Assembly (NCBI RefSeq): GCF_029227855.1
Contig: NZ_CP074356.1
DNA length: 64,000 nt
Source: Escherichia coli
GTDB taxonomy: Bacteria > Pseudomonadota > Gammaproteobacteria > Enterobacterales > Enterobacteriaceae
Strand: one strand, 5' to 3'
The translations under genes were made by a program, and so were the position numbers. The notes beneath the pieces were generated by a model. It did not search any database. It was given only the letters and a program-made list of their open reading frames with translations, and had not been told where the DNA came from. Below are positions 45,593 through 60,068 of this stretch, piece after piece (positions within the stretch are counted from its first letter, which is position 1; each line of letters begins with the position of its first letter).

Positions 45593-46417
45593 CTATTTCT
45601 TCTCTGTAATTTTTACACTGTTTTCCAACTGCTTGATGCTGACCTGCGGGGTCGGCAACTCCTCAGGCATGGTTCCGCCAAGTTCCTGAATGGTTTGCCT
45701 CACCTTGCTACCCACGTCAAAGTGTGTGGTATTAGCTTGCTGTTTTGAATTCACGCCATCCCGCTTGAGTTTTTCTTCTGTTTGGGTAGCTCGAAAGAGA
45801 TTAGCCGCCAGTTCTGTTGAACCCATATGATCCAGGATCTTCTGACTCTTTTTCAGCCCCTTCCGCTGATGGATGGCTTTCTGATCTAATCCACCATACA
45901 GCCCCCGGTAACCATGATTCTGAAATATGGCGAAATCGATAGCTGTCGCTACCCCAGCTTGCTGCGCTGCCTCAACCAATTGTTTGTTATGTTCTTTCAA
46001 TTCATTTCTCAGAAAAAGACGCTTTTCGTCTTCACGAAGTTGCCTGAAAGCTTCATCGTCAGCCAGCTCCTGCCGTCGGGTCTGGATAGCAAAATAAGTT
46101 TGCCCTGCCGCAATAACCGGTTTCGCAGGGTCGCCGTTTTGTACTACCAGGTAACAGGCATAGCGGGAGAGATGAACATCTTCAAGTTCTCGTTGAGCCC
46201 CTGAACCTAATACAACCATTTTGGTGGTTTCAACGAAATGGTCAGATGCAGCTTGATTGCTGGCTTCGCACGCTTGAGTCGCGCGGGCCAGTACCTTTTG
46301 AAAATTGCGCCAGTCCCGATAATCCAGTAACGGTGCCAATTCTCTAGCTGACCAAAATTCTTGCCCTTCAGTGCCATAATGCCGTATTTCTTCAAAAGGT
46401 TGATGATGTTCGTTCAT
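45593..46417 (-). CDS. dinD: DNA damage-inducible protein D
   Basis: 274 aa from MNEHHQ; LexA box in its promoter. Confidence 0.87.
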   Translation of the reverse strand: MNEHHQPFEEIRHYGTEGQEFWSARELAPLLDYRDWRNFQKVLARATQACEASNQAASDHFVETTKMVVLGSGAQRELEDVHLSRYACYLVVQNGDPAKPVIAAGQTYFAIQTRRQELADDEAFRQLREDEKRLFLRNELKEHNKQLVEAAQQAGVATAIDFAIFQNHGYRGLYGGLDQKAIHQRKGLKKSQKILDHMGSTELAANLFRATQTEEKLKRDGVNSKQQANTTHFDVGSKVRQTIQELGGTMPEELPTPQVSIKQLENSVKITEKK

Positions 46418-46459
46418 TGCCCACTCCATGTGATATCGATTGCAAAGAAAGTAAATCTG

Positions 46460-46479
46460 TAACTGTATTTATATACAGT
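46460..46479. promoter_or_regulatory. LexA (SOS) box upstream of dinD
   Basis: aACTGTatttatatACAGtt matches the CTGT-N8-ACAG consensus. Confidence 0.7.
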
Positions 46480-46637
46480 TGTGAGTATCTCACGTTCTCA
46501 GTGTGCTGGGCAAAAAAACATCGCAAAATCTGGAGCAGGCACGCAAAACAGAATTGAAGTTGCGGGGAAGAAAAATGCCGCTCTGTTTGAGTGGGCGGCA
46601 TTTGTGAAGGCTGAAAAGTAAGAATTAGTGTTACGAG

Positions 46638-47501
46638 TTACTCAATATTCTGAATCTGCTCGCGCATCTGCTCAATCAACACTTTCAGCTCGATGGCGGA
46701 GTTTGTCACTTCGGCATTGATAGATTTCGACGCAAGAGTGTTCGACTCGCGGTTGAATTCCTGCATCATAAAGTCCAGACGACGACCAACGGCTTCTTTT
46801 TTCTTCAGAATGTTGTAGGTCTCTTTGACATGCGCTTCCAGGCGGTCCAGTTCTTCGGCAACGTCAATTCGTTGTGCCAGCAGAACCAGCTCCTGCTCCA
46901 GACGGTTGTTTTCCAACTGAACCTGAGCATCTTCCAGCTTCGCGACCAGACGCTCACGCTGCCATTGCAGGATTTCCGGCATATGGGCGCGGACTTTGAC
47001 CACTTCGGCGGTGACGCCTTCCAGACGCTGCTCGATCAATGCTTTCAGCGCCTGACCTTCGGTTTCGCGCGCGACGATAAAGTCGTCCAGCGTACCATCC
47101 AACGCCGCGAGAATTTCAGCGGCAATCGCGTCGAGATCCTGCTCCTGGGCTGCCATCACGCCCGGCCAGCGTAGAATATCAACCGGGTTGATTTCCCCTT
47201 CGTCACTCTGCATTTTTACCCAGTTCGCGGCAGTTACCAGCTGTTTAGCCAGTTTTTCATTGAGGATCAGCTCACCTTGTGCGCTAACATCTGGCTCATA
47301 GCGCAGGGTACATTCCACTTTACCGCGCGTCAGGCGAGAACGAATACGCTCGCGAACGACAGGTTCAAGGCTACGGAACTGCTCCGGCAGACGAAAGTAA
47401 GTTTCCAGATAACGCTGGTTTACCGAGCGCATTTCCCAGGTTGCGCTCCCCCATTCACCCTTGATTTCACGCCGGGCGTAGGCGGTCATACTGCGGATCA
47501 T
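46638..47501 (-). CDS. yicC: YicC-family stress-induced protein (UPF0701)
   Basis: 287-aa ORF recognised as YicC. Confidence 0.9.
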   Translation of the reverse strand: MIRSMTAYARREIKGEWGSATWEMRSVNQRYLETYFRLPEQFRSLEPVVRERIRSRLTRGKVECTLRYEPDVSAQGELILNEKLAKQLVTAANWVKMQSDEGEINPVDILRWPGVMAAQEQDLDAIAAEILAALDGTLDDFIVARETEGQALKALIEQRLEGVTAEVVKVRAHMPEILQWQRERLVAKLEDAQVQLENNRLEQELVLLAQRIDVAEELDRLEAHVKETYNILKKKEAVGRRLDFMMQEFNRESNTLASKSINAEVTNSAIELKVLIEQMREQIQNIE

Positions 47502-47627
47502 AGACGTTCCTGTTTATAAAAGGAGAGGTGGAAGGATTATAGCCATCGATGCCTTGTCAGGATAGGAATAACCGCCGGAAGTCCGTATAATGCGCAGCCA
47601 CATTTGTTTCAAGCCGGAGATTTCAAT

Positions 47628-48344
47628 ATGCGTCCAGCAGGCCGTAGCAATAATCAGGTGCGTCCCGTTACCCTGACTCGTAACTATACAAAACATGCAG
47701 AAGGCTCGGTGCTGGTCGAATTTGGCGATACCAAAGTGTTGTGTACCGCCTCTATTGAAGAAGGCGTGCCGCGCTTCCTGAAAGGTCAGGGCCAGGGCTG
47801 GATCACCGCAGAGTACGGTATGCTGCCGCGTTCTACCCACACCCGTAACGCTCGTGAAGCGGCGAAAGGTAAGCAGGGTGGACGCACAATGGAAATCCAG
47901 CGTCTGATCGCCCGTGCTCTTCGCGCGGCAGTAGATTTGAAAGCGCTGGGTGAGTTCACCATTACGCTGGACTGCGACGTGCTTCAGGCTGATGGTGGCA
48001 CGCGTACCGCGTCGATTACGGGTGCCTGCGTGGCGCTGGCAGATGCGCTACAGAAGCTGGTGGAAAACGGCAAGCTGAAAACCAACCCGATGAAAGGGAT
48101 GGTAGCCGCAGTTTCTGTCGGTATTGTAAACGGTGAAGCAATTTGCGATCTGGAATACGTTGAAGACTCAGCCGCAGAGACCGACATGAACGTAGTGATG
48201 ACCGAAGACGGGCGCATCATTGAAGTGCAGGGGACGGCAGAAGGCGAGCCGTTCACCCATGAAGAGCTACTCACCTTGTTGGCGCTGGCCCGAGGGGGAA
48301 TCGAATCCATTGTAGCGACGCAGAAGGCGGCGCTGGCAAACTGA
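47628..48344 (+). CDS. rph: Ribonuclease PH (full-length)
   Basis: 238 aa from MRPAGR; intact C-terminus. Confidence 0.92.
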   Translation: MRPAGRSNNQVRPVTLTRNYTKHAEGSVLVEFGDTKVLCTASIEEGVPRFLKGQGQGWITAEYGMLPRSTHTRNAREAAKGKQGGRTMEIQRLIARALRAAVDLKALGEFTITLDCDVLQADGGTRTASITGACVALADALQKLVENGKLKTNPMKGMVAAVSVGIVNGEAICDLEYVEDSAAETDMNVVMTEDGRIIEVQGTAEGEPFTHEELLTLLALARGGIESIVATQKAALAN

Positions 48345-48350
48345 TTTTTA

Positions 48351-48378
48351 AGGCGACTGATGAGTCGCCTTTTTTTTG
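48351..48378 (+). terminator. pyrE attenuator (intrinsic terminator between rph and pyrE)
   Basis: GGCGAC-tgatga-GTCGCC hairpin followed by an 8-T run just after the rph stop. Confidence 0.7.
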
Positions 48379-48409
48379 TCTGTAGAAAAGTAAGATGAGG
48401 AGCGAAGGC

Positions 48410-49051
48410 ATGAAACCATATCAGCGCCAGTTTATTGAATTTGCGCTTAGCAAGCAGGTGTTAAAGTTTGGCGAGTTTACGCTGAAATCCGGGCGCAAAA
48501 GCCCCTATTTCTTCAACGCCGGGCTGTTTAATACCGGGCGCGACCTGGCACTGTTAGGCCGTTTTTACGCTGAAGCATTGGTGGATTCTGGCATTGAGTT
48601 CGATCTGCTGTTTGGCCCTGCTTACAAAGGGATCCCGATTGCGACCACTACCGCCGTGGCGCTGGCGGAGCATCATGACCTTGACCTGCCGTACTGCTTT
48701 AACCGCAAAGAGGCAAAAGACCACGGTGAAGGCGGCAATCTGGTTGGTAGCGCGTTACAAGGACGCGTAATGCTGGTAGATGATGTGATCACCGCCGGAA
48801 CGGCGATTCGCGAATCGATGGAGATTATTCAGGCTAATGGCGCGACGCTTGCTGGCGTATTGATTTCGCTTGATCGTCAGGAACGGGGGCGCGGCGAGAT
48901 TTCGGCGATTCAGGAAGTTGAGCGTGATTACAACTGCAAAGTGATCTCTATCATCACCCTGAAAGATCTGATTGCCTATCTGGAAGAGAAGCCGGAAATG
49001 GCGGAACATCTGGCGGCGGTTAAGGCCTATCGCGAAGAGTTTGGCGTTTAA
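48410..49051 (+). CDS. pyrE: Orotate phosphoribosyltransferase
   Basis: 213 aa from MKPYQRQ; PRPP-binding motif [13 protein letters not shown]. Confidence 0.93.
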
Positions 49052-49087
49052 AGAAACTCGCCGGATGAAAAGTCATCCGGCGTCATA

Positions 49088-49684
49088 TTACTGCAACTGC
49101 GCGGCAATTAGCGGCCAGCGGGCGTCAAAATCATCCGTCGGGCGGTATTTAAATTCGCTGCGGACAAAACGTGACAGCATACCTTCACAGAAGGCCAGGA
49201 TCTGGCTTGCCAGCAGGGTTTCATCGGTGGTGTAACCTTCACCCTCACGCATTCTCTTTTCACGCAATACCTGGCGCAGCTGCGCTTCAATACGCTCGAA
49301 CAGCTGGTTGATACGCCCTTGCAGGCGATCCTGTTCAAACATCAGCGCATGACCAGTGAGGATGCGGGTCAGGCCAGGATTACGCTCACCAAAACCGAGA
49401 AGCAGCAACACAATCAGACGCAGGCGCGCTGTGGTGTCTTTCTCATCTTTCAGAATCAGGTTGATGCGAGTAATCAGGCTATCTTCGATAAACTCAATCA
49501 GGCTATCGAACATGCGGGTCTTACTGGGGAAGTGGCGATACAGTGCCGCTTCGGAAACGCCGACAGAGGCGGCCAGTTTTGCCGTCGTGATACGTTGGCT
49601 TCCATCGCTGGATTCCAGCATCAGCGCCAGAGACTGAAGTATTTCCTCGCGACGGTTCCTTTTCGCAGTTTGTTTTTCTGCCAT
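49088..49684 (-). CDS. slmA: Nucleoid occlusion factor SlmA (TetR family)
   Basis: 198 aa from MAEKQTAK; TetR-type HTH. Confidence 0.92.
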
Positions 49685-49790
49685 GTTACAAAATACCCCT
49701 GAAAATAAGCACTTGCCAGGCGGCACCCACGCTATGACCGCAAACGAAATGTTTGCGGCTATGTTATGACGTTATTCGGATGCGTATGTG

Positions 49791-50249
49791 TTACTGACGA
49801 CCAGAGTGACCAAAGCCGCCTTCACCGCGGTCGGTGGCGTCGAAATCTTCCACCAGATTAAATTCAGCCTGTACTACCGGAACAAAAATCATCTGGGCGA
49901 TGCGTTCGCCAGGTTGAATGGTGAAGCTGTCCTGACCACGGTTCCACACGGAAATCATCAACTGGCCCTGATAGTCAGAATCGATCAATCCTACCAGGTT
50001 ACCAAGCACGATACCGTGCTTATGTCCCAATCCGGAGCGCGGCAGCATCATTGCCGCCAGTGAAGGATCGGCAATATGAATCGCCAGCCCGGTCGGAACC
50101 AGCGTAGTGTCACCCGGAGCCAGTTCTACGGCGTCGTCGAGACAGGCACGCAGGTCAAGTCCGGCAGAGCCAGAGGTGGCATAAGTCGGGAGCGGAAATT
50201 CCTTCCCAACGCGCGGGTCCAGAATCTTAACGTCGATTTTTTTCATCAT
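49791..50249 (-). CDS. dut: dUTP diphosphatase
   Basis: 152-aa ORF with dUTPase motifs. Confidence 0.93.
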
Positions 50250-51447
50250 AACGGGTCACGATCTCGTCGAGTAATAATTGGCCAAGGAGCTCTTTGCGCT
50301 CAAGCGGTAAGACTTTATCTCCGTCCTGCCAGAAAAGGTGTAATGCGTTGTTGTCGCTGTTAAATCCTTGAGTTGGCTGGGAAACATCGTTCGCGCAGAT
50401 CAGATCAAGGTTTTTACGGATACGTTTTTGCCGGGCGTATTCTTCCACATTATTTGTTTCGGCGGCAAATCCAACGACGTAGGGTCGATGGTCTTTTAGT
50501 GCGGCAACGCCTGCGACGATATCGGGGTTTTTAACCATTTTTATTGTTAATTCATCACCCTGCGTGGCCTGCTTTTTGATTTTCTCTGGGGCCACGGTAG
50601 CTGCGCGATAATCCGCCACGGCGGCGCAGCCGATAAAAATATTTTGCTGCTGTACAGAAGCATTCACGGCGGCTTCCATTTCCAGCGCGGTCATCACATC
50701 AACACGTTTAACAAACGGTGGCGTCGGTAGTGAAACCGGACCTGATACCAGCGTGACGTTCGCGCCACGACGGGCAGCGGCGGCGGCGATAGCAAAACCC
50801 ATCTTGCCGGAGCTGTGATTAGAGATATAACGCACGGGATCGAGCGGTTCACGCGTCGGGCCGGCGGTAATCATAATGTTCAGATGTTTCAGGTCGTTGA
50901 CGGGCGAAAAATGCGCTACCGCCATATCCACAATGGTTAACGGATCGAGCATTCGCCCAGGACCGATATCACCACAAGCCTGACTGCCACTGTCTGGCCC
51001 CCAGATGAGCAAACCACGGGAAGCAAGCACCTCTAAATTATGCTGCGTGGCAGCGGCACGGTACATCTGCTGGTTCATGGCGGGGAGCACGGCTACAGGC
51101 GCAGGTGTAGCCAGACAAATCGTCGATACCAGGTCATTCGCCATTCCGGCAGCAACACGGGCAATCAAATCTGCCGTGGCAGGGGCGAGAATCACTAAAT
51201 CAGCCCATTTACCCAGCTCAATATGGCCCATAGCGGCTTCGGCTGCCGGGTCCAGCAGACTGTCGGAAACGGGATAACCAGAAACCGCCTGCAAGCTAAG
51301 TGGGGTGATAAAGGCTTTTGCCGCTTCGGTCATGGCTACGCGGACGTCGGCCCCGCGATCGCGCAAACGACGCACCAGTTCAGGGGTTTTATAGGCAGCA
51401 ATACCGCCGCTAACGCCGAGAACGATTTTTTTACCGGCCAGGCTCAT
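50227..51447 (-). CDS. coaBC: Bifunctional phosphopantothenoylcysteine decarboxylase/synthetase
   Basis: 406 aa from [15 protein letters not shown]; 3' end overlaps the dut start. Confidence 0.93.
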
Positions 51448-51618
51448 GATGATTTTTCCTGTTGGGTGACACCAGAAGTTGGCGATTTTATCACAATACT
51501 TTTGTTGTCGTGCCTTCACCTGAGAATCACTTTGCGAGGCGCTTTCCAGGATTGAAAACTGGCCGTCGATTTAACGGAACGGCTATGACAGGATGCGAGC
51601 ACCACAAAGGAGGTGAAG

Positions 51619-52287
51619 GTGAAAAACAATTCACAGCTGTTGATGCCGCGCGAAAAAATGCTGAAGTTTGGTATTAGCGCCTTAACGGATGTCGAGCTGC
51701 TGGCGCTATTTCTGCGTACCGGAACGCGCGGTAAAGATGTATTAACCCTGGCAAAAGAGATGCTGGAGAATTTCGGCTCTCTTTATGGCTTGTTAACCTC
51801 TGAATATGAACAATTTAGTGGCGTTCATGGAATTGGCGTGGCGAAATTTGCCCAGTTAAAGGGGATTGCTGAACTGGCGCGGCGTTACTACAACGTGCGG
51901 ATGCGTGAAGAAAGCCCTTTACTCAGCCCGGAGATGACGAGGGAATTTTTACAAAGCCAGCTCACGGGTGAGGAGCGGGAGATCTTTATGGTGATCTTTC
52001 TCGACTCCCAACACCGGGTTATAACGCATAGCCGTCTTTTTTCCGGCACGCTAAACCATGTTGAAGTCCATCCTCGGGAAATTATCCGCGAAGCGATAAA
52101 AATAAACGCCTCGGCGCTGATCCTTGCACATAATCACCCTTCGGGTTGTGCTGAACCCAGTAAAGCGGATAAACTCATTACTGAACGGATAATAAAGAGT
52201 TGTCAGTTCATGGATTTACGCGTGCTCGACCATATCGTGATTGGGCGTGGAGAGTATGTTTCTTTTGCCGAACGCGGCTGGATTTAA
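51619..52287 (+). CDS. yicR: UPF0758 JAB-domain protein YicR (RadC-like)
   Basis: 222 aa from the GTG at 51619 (AAGGAGG Shine-Dalgarno 5 nt upstream); JAMM-like HNHPSG motif. Confidence 0.87.
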   Translation: MKNNSQLLMPREKMLKFGISALTDVELLALFLRTGTRGKDVLTLAKEMLENFGSLYGLLTSEYEQFSGVHGIGVAKFAQLKGIAELARRYYNVRMREESPLLSPEMTREFLQSQLTGEEREIFMVIFLDSQHRVITHSRLFSGTLNHVEVHPREIIREAIKINASALILAHNHPSGCAEPSKADKLITERIIKSCQFMDLRVLDHIVIGRGEYVSFAERGWI

Positions 52288-52482
52288 CCCGCTATGCGCG
52301 ATCCTTCGGGATCTTTGTCTGTTCGGGACTTGAGCACATCGCTGAGTCAGCGTATACTACGCCACCTTTGAGAATCTCGGGTTTGGCATTTGGGCCTGGC
52401 AATCGAGAGTTCACATAGAACTGCGATGACCGGGCTGTAAAGCCTGACGAGGCGCCAATACCCCATACGAAGCTCGAGCTAA

Positions 52483-52740
<258 letters not shown>

Positions 52741-52757
52741 GTACTTAGAGGAAATAA

Positions 52758-52928
<171 letters not shown>

Positions 52929-52950
52929 TTCTCGCTTTGATGTAACAAAA

Positions 52951-52978
52951 AACCTCGCTCCGGCGGGGTTTTTTGTTA
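52951..52978 (+). terminator. Putative intrinsic terminator/attenuator after rpmG
   Basis: Short GC hairpin (CCTCG...CGGGG) followed by TTTTTTGTT. Confidence 0.4.
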
Positions 52979-53025
52979 TCTGCTTGCCCCCATATTGATT
53001 GCATCTGTTCATTCCTGGAGATGCT

Positions 53026-53835
53026 ATGCCTGAATTACCCGAAGTTGAAACCAGCCGTCGCGGCATAGAACCGCATCTCGTTGGTGCAACCATTCTTCAT
53101 GCAGTGGTGCGCAACGGACGCTTGCGCTGGCCGGTTTCAGAAGAGATCTACCGTTTAAGCGACCAACCAGTGCTTAGCGTGCAGCGGCGGGCTAAATATT
53201 TGCTGCTGGAGCTGCCTGAGGGCTGGATTATCATTCATTTGGGGATGTCTGGCAGCCTGCGCATCCTTCCAGAAGAACTTCCCCCTGAAAAGCATGACCA
53301 TGTGGATTTGGTGATGAGCAACGGTAAAGTGCTGCGCTACACCGATCCGCGCCGCTTTGGTGCCTGGCTGTGGACCAAAGAGCTGGAAGGGCATAATGTG
53401 CTGGCCCATCTTGGACCGGAGCCGCTTAGCGACGATTTCAACGGTGAGTACCTGCATCAGAAGTGCGCGAAGAAAAAAACGGCGATTAAACCGTGGCTGA
53501 TGGATAACAAGCTGGTGGTAGGGGTAGGGAATATCTATGCCAGCGAATCACTGTTTGCGGCGGGGATCCATCCGGATCGGCTGGCGTCATCACTGTCGCT
53601 GGCAGAGTGTGAATTGTTAGCTCGGGTGATTAAAGCGGTGTTGCTGCGTTCGATTGAGCAGGGCGGTACAACGCTGAAAGATTTTCTGCAAAGTGATGGT
53701 AAACCGGGCTATTTCGCACAGGAATTGCAGGTTTACGGGCGAAAAGGCGAGCCGTGTCAGGTGTGCGGTACGCCGATTGTGGCGACTAAACATGCGCAGC
53801 GGGCAACGTTTTATTGTCGGCAGTGCCAGAAGTAA
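53026..53835 (+). CDS. mutM: Formamidopyrimidine-DNA glycosylase
   Basis: 269 aa from MPELPEVE; C-terminal zinc finger. Confidence 0.93.
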   Translation: MPELPEVETSRRGIEPHLVGATILHAVVRNGRLRWPVSEEIYRLSDQPVLSVQRRAKYLLLELPEGWIIIHLGMSGSLRILPEELPPEKHDHVDLVMSNGKVLRYTDPRRFGAWLWTKELEGHNVLAHLGPEPLSDDFNGEYLHQKCAKKKTAIKPWLMDNKLVVGVGNIYASESLFAAGIHPDRLASSLSLAECELLARVIKAVLLRSIEQGGTTLKDFLQSDGKPGYFAQELQVYGRKGEPCQVCGTPIVATKHAQRATFYCRQCQK

Positions 53836-53873
53836 TTCATGCGCGCCGGATGGCATACCATCCGGCATAAACG

Positions 53874-55638
<1,765 letters not shown>

Positions 55639-55989
55639 AGTAAATAGCTGACTTATGGATGTGCTGGGGATTCTATGTATTTAGCTGTGGCTTTACCATT
55701 ACTTTTCCCGTTTTTGACTTAAATAGCAATTTACCCGCCAATTCTTGCTGAACATCTATACTTTTTTTGTATTTTTATGCGATTCATTGATTTCTGCTGT
55801 ACGTGCAGGAAGGAATCGCAGAGCAACAGTGAAAGAATATGGTTGCTAATGATTTTATTTGATTGATTTCTTTATTGAAAATCAACAATGTGCTTAAAAA
55901 TCATTCGGGTCGGATTGCCGCGAAAGAAGTGATACACTAGCGCGTCAATATCAGTGCGGTATCAGTATTCAGGTAGCTGTTGAGCCTGG

Positions 55990-56001
55990 GGCGGTAGCGT
56001 G
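55990..56001 (+). promoter_or_regulatory. ops element (GGCGGTAGCGTG) in the waaQ operon leader (JUMPStart)
   Basis: Exact 12-mer RfaH-recruiting ops sequence ~50 bp upstream of waaQ. Confidence 0.7.
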
Positions 56002-56050
56002 CTTTTTCTGCTTCACCTTAATCGGATAATCTCAACAAAAAGAGTTACTT

Positions 56051-57109
56051 GTGGATAAGCCATTTCGAAGAATTTTGCTCATTAAGATGCGTTTTCATGG
56101 GGATATGTTATTAACTACTCCCGTCATTAGTTCGCTGAAAAAAAATTACCCTGACGCAAAAATCGATGTGCTGCTTTATCAGGACACCATCCCGATCCTG
56201 TCTGAAAATCCAGAGATTAACGCGCTCTACGGCATAAAAAATAAAAAAGCAAAAGCCTCAGAAAAAATTGCCAACTTTTTTCATCTCATCAAGGTATTAC
56301 GTGCCAATAAGTATGACCTTATCGTCAATCTTACCGATCAATGGATGGTTGCTATACTGGTTCGCTTATTAAATACTCGTGTGAAAATTTCCCAGGATTA
56401 TCATCATCGGCAGTCTGCTTTTTGGCGTAAAAGTTTCACCCATTTGGTGCCGTTGCAGGGTGGAAATGTGGTGGAAAGTAACTTATCCGTGCTGACACCA
56501 TTGGGACTTGATTCGTTGGTGAAGCAGACAACCATGAGTTACCCGCCTGCAAGCTGGAAACGTATGCGTCGCGAACTTGATCACGCTGGTGTTGGACAAA
56601 ATTATGTGGTTATCCAACCTACGGCGCGGCAAATCTTCAAATGCTGGGACAACGCCAAGTTTTCCGCTGTGATTGATGCCTTACATGCTCGTGGTTATGA
56701 AGTCGTTCTGACGTCCGGCCCAGATAAAGACGATCTGGCCTGCGTCAATGAAATTGCGCAGGGATGCCAGACGCCACCAGTAACGGCGCTGGCTGGAAAG
56801 GTGACCTTCCCGGAACTTGGTGCGTTAATCGATCATGCGCAGCTGTTTATTGGCGTTGATTCCGCACCGGCGCATATTGCCGCTGCAGTTAATACGCCGC
56901 TGATATCGCTGTTTGGTGCGACAGATCATATTTTCTGGCGTCCCTGGTCAAATAACATGATTCAATTCTGGGCGGGAGATTACCGGGAAATGCCAACGCG
57001 CGATCAGCGTGACCGAAATGAGATGTATCTTTCGGTTATTCCGGCGGCAGATGTCATTGCTGCTGTCGATAAATTACTGCCCTCCTCCACGACAGGTACG
57101 TCGTTATGA
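56051..57109 (+). CDS. waaQ: LPS heptosyltransferase III
   Basis: GT9-family ORF; GTG at 56051, alternative ATG at 56087. Confidence 0.83.
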   Translation: MDKPFRRILLIKMRFHGDMLLTTPVISSLKKNYPDAKIDVLLYQDTIPILSENPEINALYGIKNKKAKASEKIANFFHLIKVLRANKYDLIVNLTDQWMVAILVRLLNTRVKISQDYHHRQSAFWRKSFTHLVPLQGGNVVESNLSVLTPLGLDSLVKQTTMSYPPASWKRMRRELDHAGVGQNYVVIQPTARQIFKCWDNAKFSAVIDALHARGYEVVLTSGPDKDDLACVNEIAQGCQTPPVTALAGKVTFPELGALIDHAQLFIGVDSAPAHIAAAVNTPLISLFGATDHIFWRPWSNNMIQFWAGDYREMPTRDQRDRNEMYLSVIPAADVIAAVDKLLPSSTTGTSL

Positions 57110-58230
57110 TCGTTGCTTTTTGTTTATATAAATATTTTCCCTTTGGCGGTTTGCAGCGTGATTTTATGCGTATTGCTCAGACAGTCGCCGCCCGAGGTCA
57201 TCATGTTCGGGTTTATACCCAGTCGTGGGAAGGCGAATGCCCTGATGTATTTGAACTGATCAAAGTGCCGGTTAAATCGCATACCAATCACGGGCGCAAT
57301 GCGGAGTATTTTGCCTGGGTGCAAAAACATTTACGCGAACATCCCGTCGATAAAGTCGTTGGATTCAACAAAATGCCGGGGCTGGACGTTTATTATGCCG
57401 CTGATGTTTGTTATGCCGAGAAAGTAGCGCAGGAAAAAGGCTTTTTCTATCGCCTGACGTCACGTTATCGCCATTATGCCGCCTTTGAGCGGGCAACCTT
57501 CGAACAGGGTAAGCCGACACAGTTGCTGATGCTGACAGATAAGCAAATCGCCGATTTCCAGAAACATTATCAGACTGAAGCGGAGCGTTTTCATATTCTG
57601 CCACCGGGGATTTATCCTGATCGTAAATATAGCCAGCAGCCAGCCAATAGCCGTGAAATCTTCCGTAAGAAGAATGGAATAACCGAACAACAATATTTAT
57701 TGTTGCAGGTCGGTTCAGACTTCACGCGTAAAGGTGTCGATCGTTCCATTGAAGCACTTGCTTCGTTACCGGATTCGCTGCGCCACAACACATTGCTATA
57801 TGTTGTTGGGCAGGATAAACCGCGAAAATTTGAGGCGCTGGCAGAAAAACGCGGCGTGCGCAGTAATGTTCACTTTTTCTCGGGGCGCAATGATGTCTCG
57901 GAATTAATGGCGGCGGCGGATTTATTACTGCATCCTGCCTACCAGGAAGCGGCGGGAATTGTGCTGCTGGAAGCGATTACTGCAGGATTACCGGTACTAA
58001 CAACAGCCGTTTGTGGCTATGCGCATTATATTGTCGACGCTAATTGCGGCGAGGCTATTGCTGAGCCATTCCGCCAGGAAACATTGAATGAGATTTTACG
58101 CAAAGCGTTAACGCAATCTTCATTGCGCCAGGCCTGGGCGGAAAATGCGCGACATTATGCTGATACACAAGATTTATACAGTCTGCCAGAGAAAGCGGCG
58201 GATATCATAACGGGTGGTCTGGATGGTTGA
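57106..58230 (+). CDS. waaG: LPS core glucosyltransferase I (GT4)
   Basis: 374-aa ORF recognised as WaaG. Confidence 0.93.
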   Translation: MIVAFCLYKYFPFGGLQRDFMRIAQTVAARGHHVRVYTQSWEGECPDVFELIKVPVKSHTNHGRNAEYFAWVQKHLREHPVDKVVGFNKMPGLDVYYAADVCYAEKVAQEKGFFYRLTSRYRHYAAFERATFEQGKPTQLLMLTDKQIADFQKHYQTEAERFHILPPGIYPDRKYSQQPANSREIFRKKNGITEQQYLLLQVGSDFTRKGVDRSIEALASLPDSLRHNTLLYVVGQDKPRKFEALAEKRGVRSNVHFFSGRNDVSELMAAADLLLHPAYQEAAGIVLLEAITAGLPVLTTAVCGYAHYIVDANCGEAIAEPFRQETLNEILRKALTQSSLRQAWAENARHYADTQDLYSLPEKAADIITGGLDG

Positions 58231-59020
58231 ACTTAAAGAGCCGTTTGCCACGTTATGGCGCGGCAAAGATCCTTTTGAGGAAGTTAAAACCTTGCAGGGT
58301 GAGGTATTTCGTGAACTGGAAACTCGCCGTACTCTGCGCTTTGAAATGGCGGGCAAAAGCTATTTTCTCAAATGGCATCGCGGCACGACCCTGAAAGAGA
58401 TAATCAAAAATTTACTCTCATTGCGGATGCCAGTATTAGGCGCTGACCGCGAATGGAATGCGATTCATCGACTGCGGGATGTCGGCGTTGATACTATGTA
58501 TGGGGTGGCATTTGGCGAAAAAGGCATGAATCCGCTGACCAGAACTTCATTTATTATTACCGAAGATCTGACACCAACCATAAGTCTTGAAGATTACTGT
58601 GCTGACTGGGCGACTAACCCTCCAGATGTTCGCGTAAAGCGTATGCTTATTAAGCGTGTCGCGACGATGGTGCGCGATATGCATGCTGCGGGCATTAACC
58701 ACCGTGACTGTTATATCTGTCATTTCCTGCTGCACTTGCCTTTTTCCGGTAAGGAAGAGGAGTTAAAAATTTCGGTAATTGACCTGCACCGGGCGCAGCT
58801 TCGCACGCGCGTTCCACGTCGTTGGCGGGATAAAGATCTTATTGGGCTTTATTTTTCTTCGATGAATATCGGCCTGACTCAGCGGGATATCTGGCGGTTT
58901 ATGAAAGTGTATTTTGCCGCCCCGCTTAAAGACATTCTCAAGCTGGAACAAGGACTGCTGTCGCAAGCAGAAGCAAAAGCCACAAAAATCAGGGAAAGAA
59001 CGATTCGAAAATCGTTGTAA
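58223..59020 (+). CDS. waaP: LPS core heptose(I) kinase
   Basis: 265 aa from MVELKEPF; kinase-like motifs. Confidence 0.92.
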   Translation: MVELKEPFATLWRGKDPFEEVKTLQGEVFRELETRRTLRFEMAGKSYFLKWHRGTTLKEIIKNLLSLRMPVLGADREWNAIHRLRDVGVDTMYGVAFGEKGMNPLTRTSFIITEDLTPTISLEDYCADWATNPPDVRVKRMLIKRVATMVRDMHAAGINHRDCYICHFLLHLPFSGKEEELKISVIDLHRAQLRTRVPRRWRDKDLIGLYFSSMNIGLTQRDIWRFMKVYFAAPLKDILKLEQGLLSQAEAKATKIRERTIRKSL

Positions 59021-59035
59021 TTTCCGGAGAGAAAT

Positions 59036-60052
59036 ATGAGTGCCCACTATTTTAATCCACAAGAGATGATCAATAAGACAATCATCTTCGATGAAAGGCC
59101 AGCGGCGTCAGTGGCATCATCATTCCATGTTGCTTATGGCATTGATAAAAACTTTCTTTTTGGTTGTGGTGTTTCAATCACGTCAGTTTTGTTACATAAC
59201 AACGACGTGAGTTTTGTTTTCCACGTTTTTATTGATGATATCCCTGAAGCCGATATCCAGCGTTTAGCCCAATTGGCGAAAAGCTATCGTACCTGTATCC
59301 AGATCCATCTGGTAAATTGTGAACGGCTTAAGGCATTACCGACGACCAAAAATTGGTCTATTGCCATGTATTTCCGTTTTGTAATTGCAGATTACTTTAT
59401 TGATCAACAAGATAAGATCCTTTACCTGGATGCTGATATCGCCTGTCAGGGAAACTTAAAGCCGCTGATAACAATGGATCTTGCCAATAACGTTGCTGCT
59501 GTTGTTACTGAACGCGATGCTAACTGGTGGTCGTTACGGGGTCAAAGTCTGCAGTGTAATGAACTTGAAAAGGGTTACTTTAATTCAGGTGTCCTGTTAA
59601 TTAATACACTAGCGTGGGCGCAGGAGTCCGTTTCTGCTAAAGCGATGTCGATGCTTGCTGATAAAGCCATCGTTTCCCGTTTAACCTATATGGATCAAGA
59701 TATCCTTAATCTTATCCTGTTAGGGAAAGTTAAATTCATTGATGCTAAATACAATACGCAATTTAGTTTAAATTATGAATTAAAAAAATCATTTGTTTGT
59801 CCAATTAATGATGAAACCGTATTAATTCATTATGTCGGCCCGACAAAACCCTGGCATTACTGGGCCGGTTATCCAAGTGCGCAACCTTTTATCAAAGCCA
59901 AAGAAGCATCGCCCTGGAAAAATGAACCGTTAATGCGGCCAGTTAACTCAAACTATGCTCGTTATTGCGCCAAGCATAATTTTAAACAAAACAAACCAAT
60001 TAACGGGATAATGAATTATATTTATTATTTTTATTTAAAGATAATAAAATGA
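59036..60052 (+). CDS. waaO: GT8-family LPS outer-core alpha-glycosyltransferase (WaaO-like)
   Basis: 338 aa; GT8 DxD motif YLDADI; position directly after waaP as in R1/R4 core types. Confidence 0.68.
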   Translation: MSAHYFNPQEMINKTIIFDERPAASVASSFHVAYGIDKNFLFGCGVSITSVLLHNNDVSFVFHVFIDDIPEADIQRLAQLAKSYRTCIQIHLVNCERLKALPTTKNWSIAMYFRFVIADYFIDQQDKILYLDADIACQGNLKPLITMDLANNVAAVVTERDANWWSLRGQSLQCNELEKGYFNSGVLLINTLAWAQESVSAKAMSMLADKAIVSRLTYMDQDILNLILLGKVKFIDAKYNTQFSLNYELKKSFVCPINDETVLIHYVGPTKPWHYWAGYPSAQPFIKAKEASPWKNEPLMRPVNSNYARYCAKHNFKQNKPINGIMNYIYYFYLKIIK

Positions 60053-60068
60053 AATTGAGAAAAGTTAA

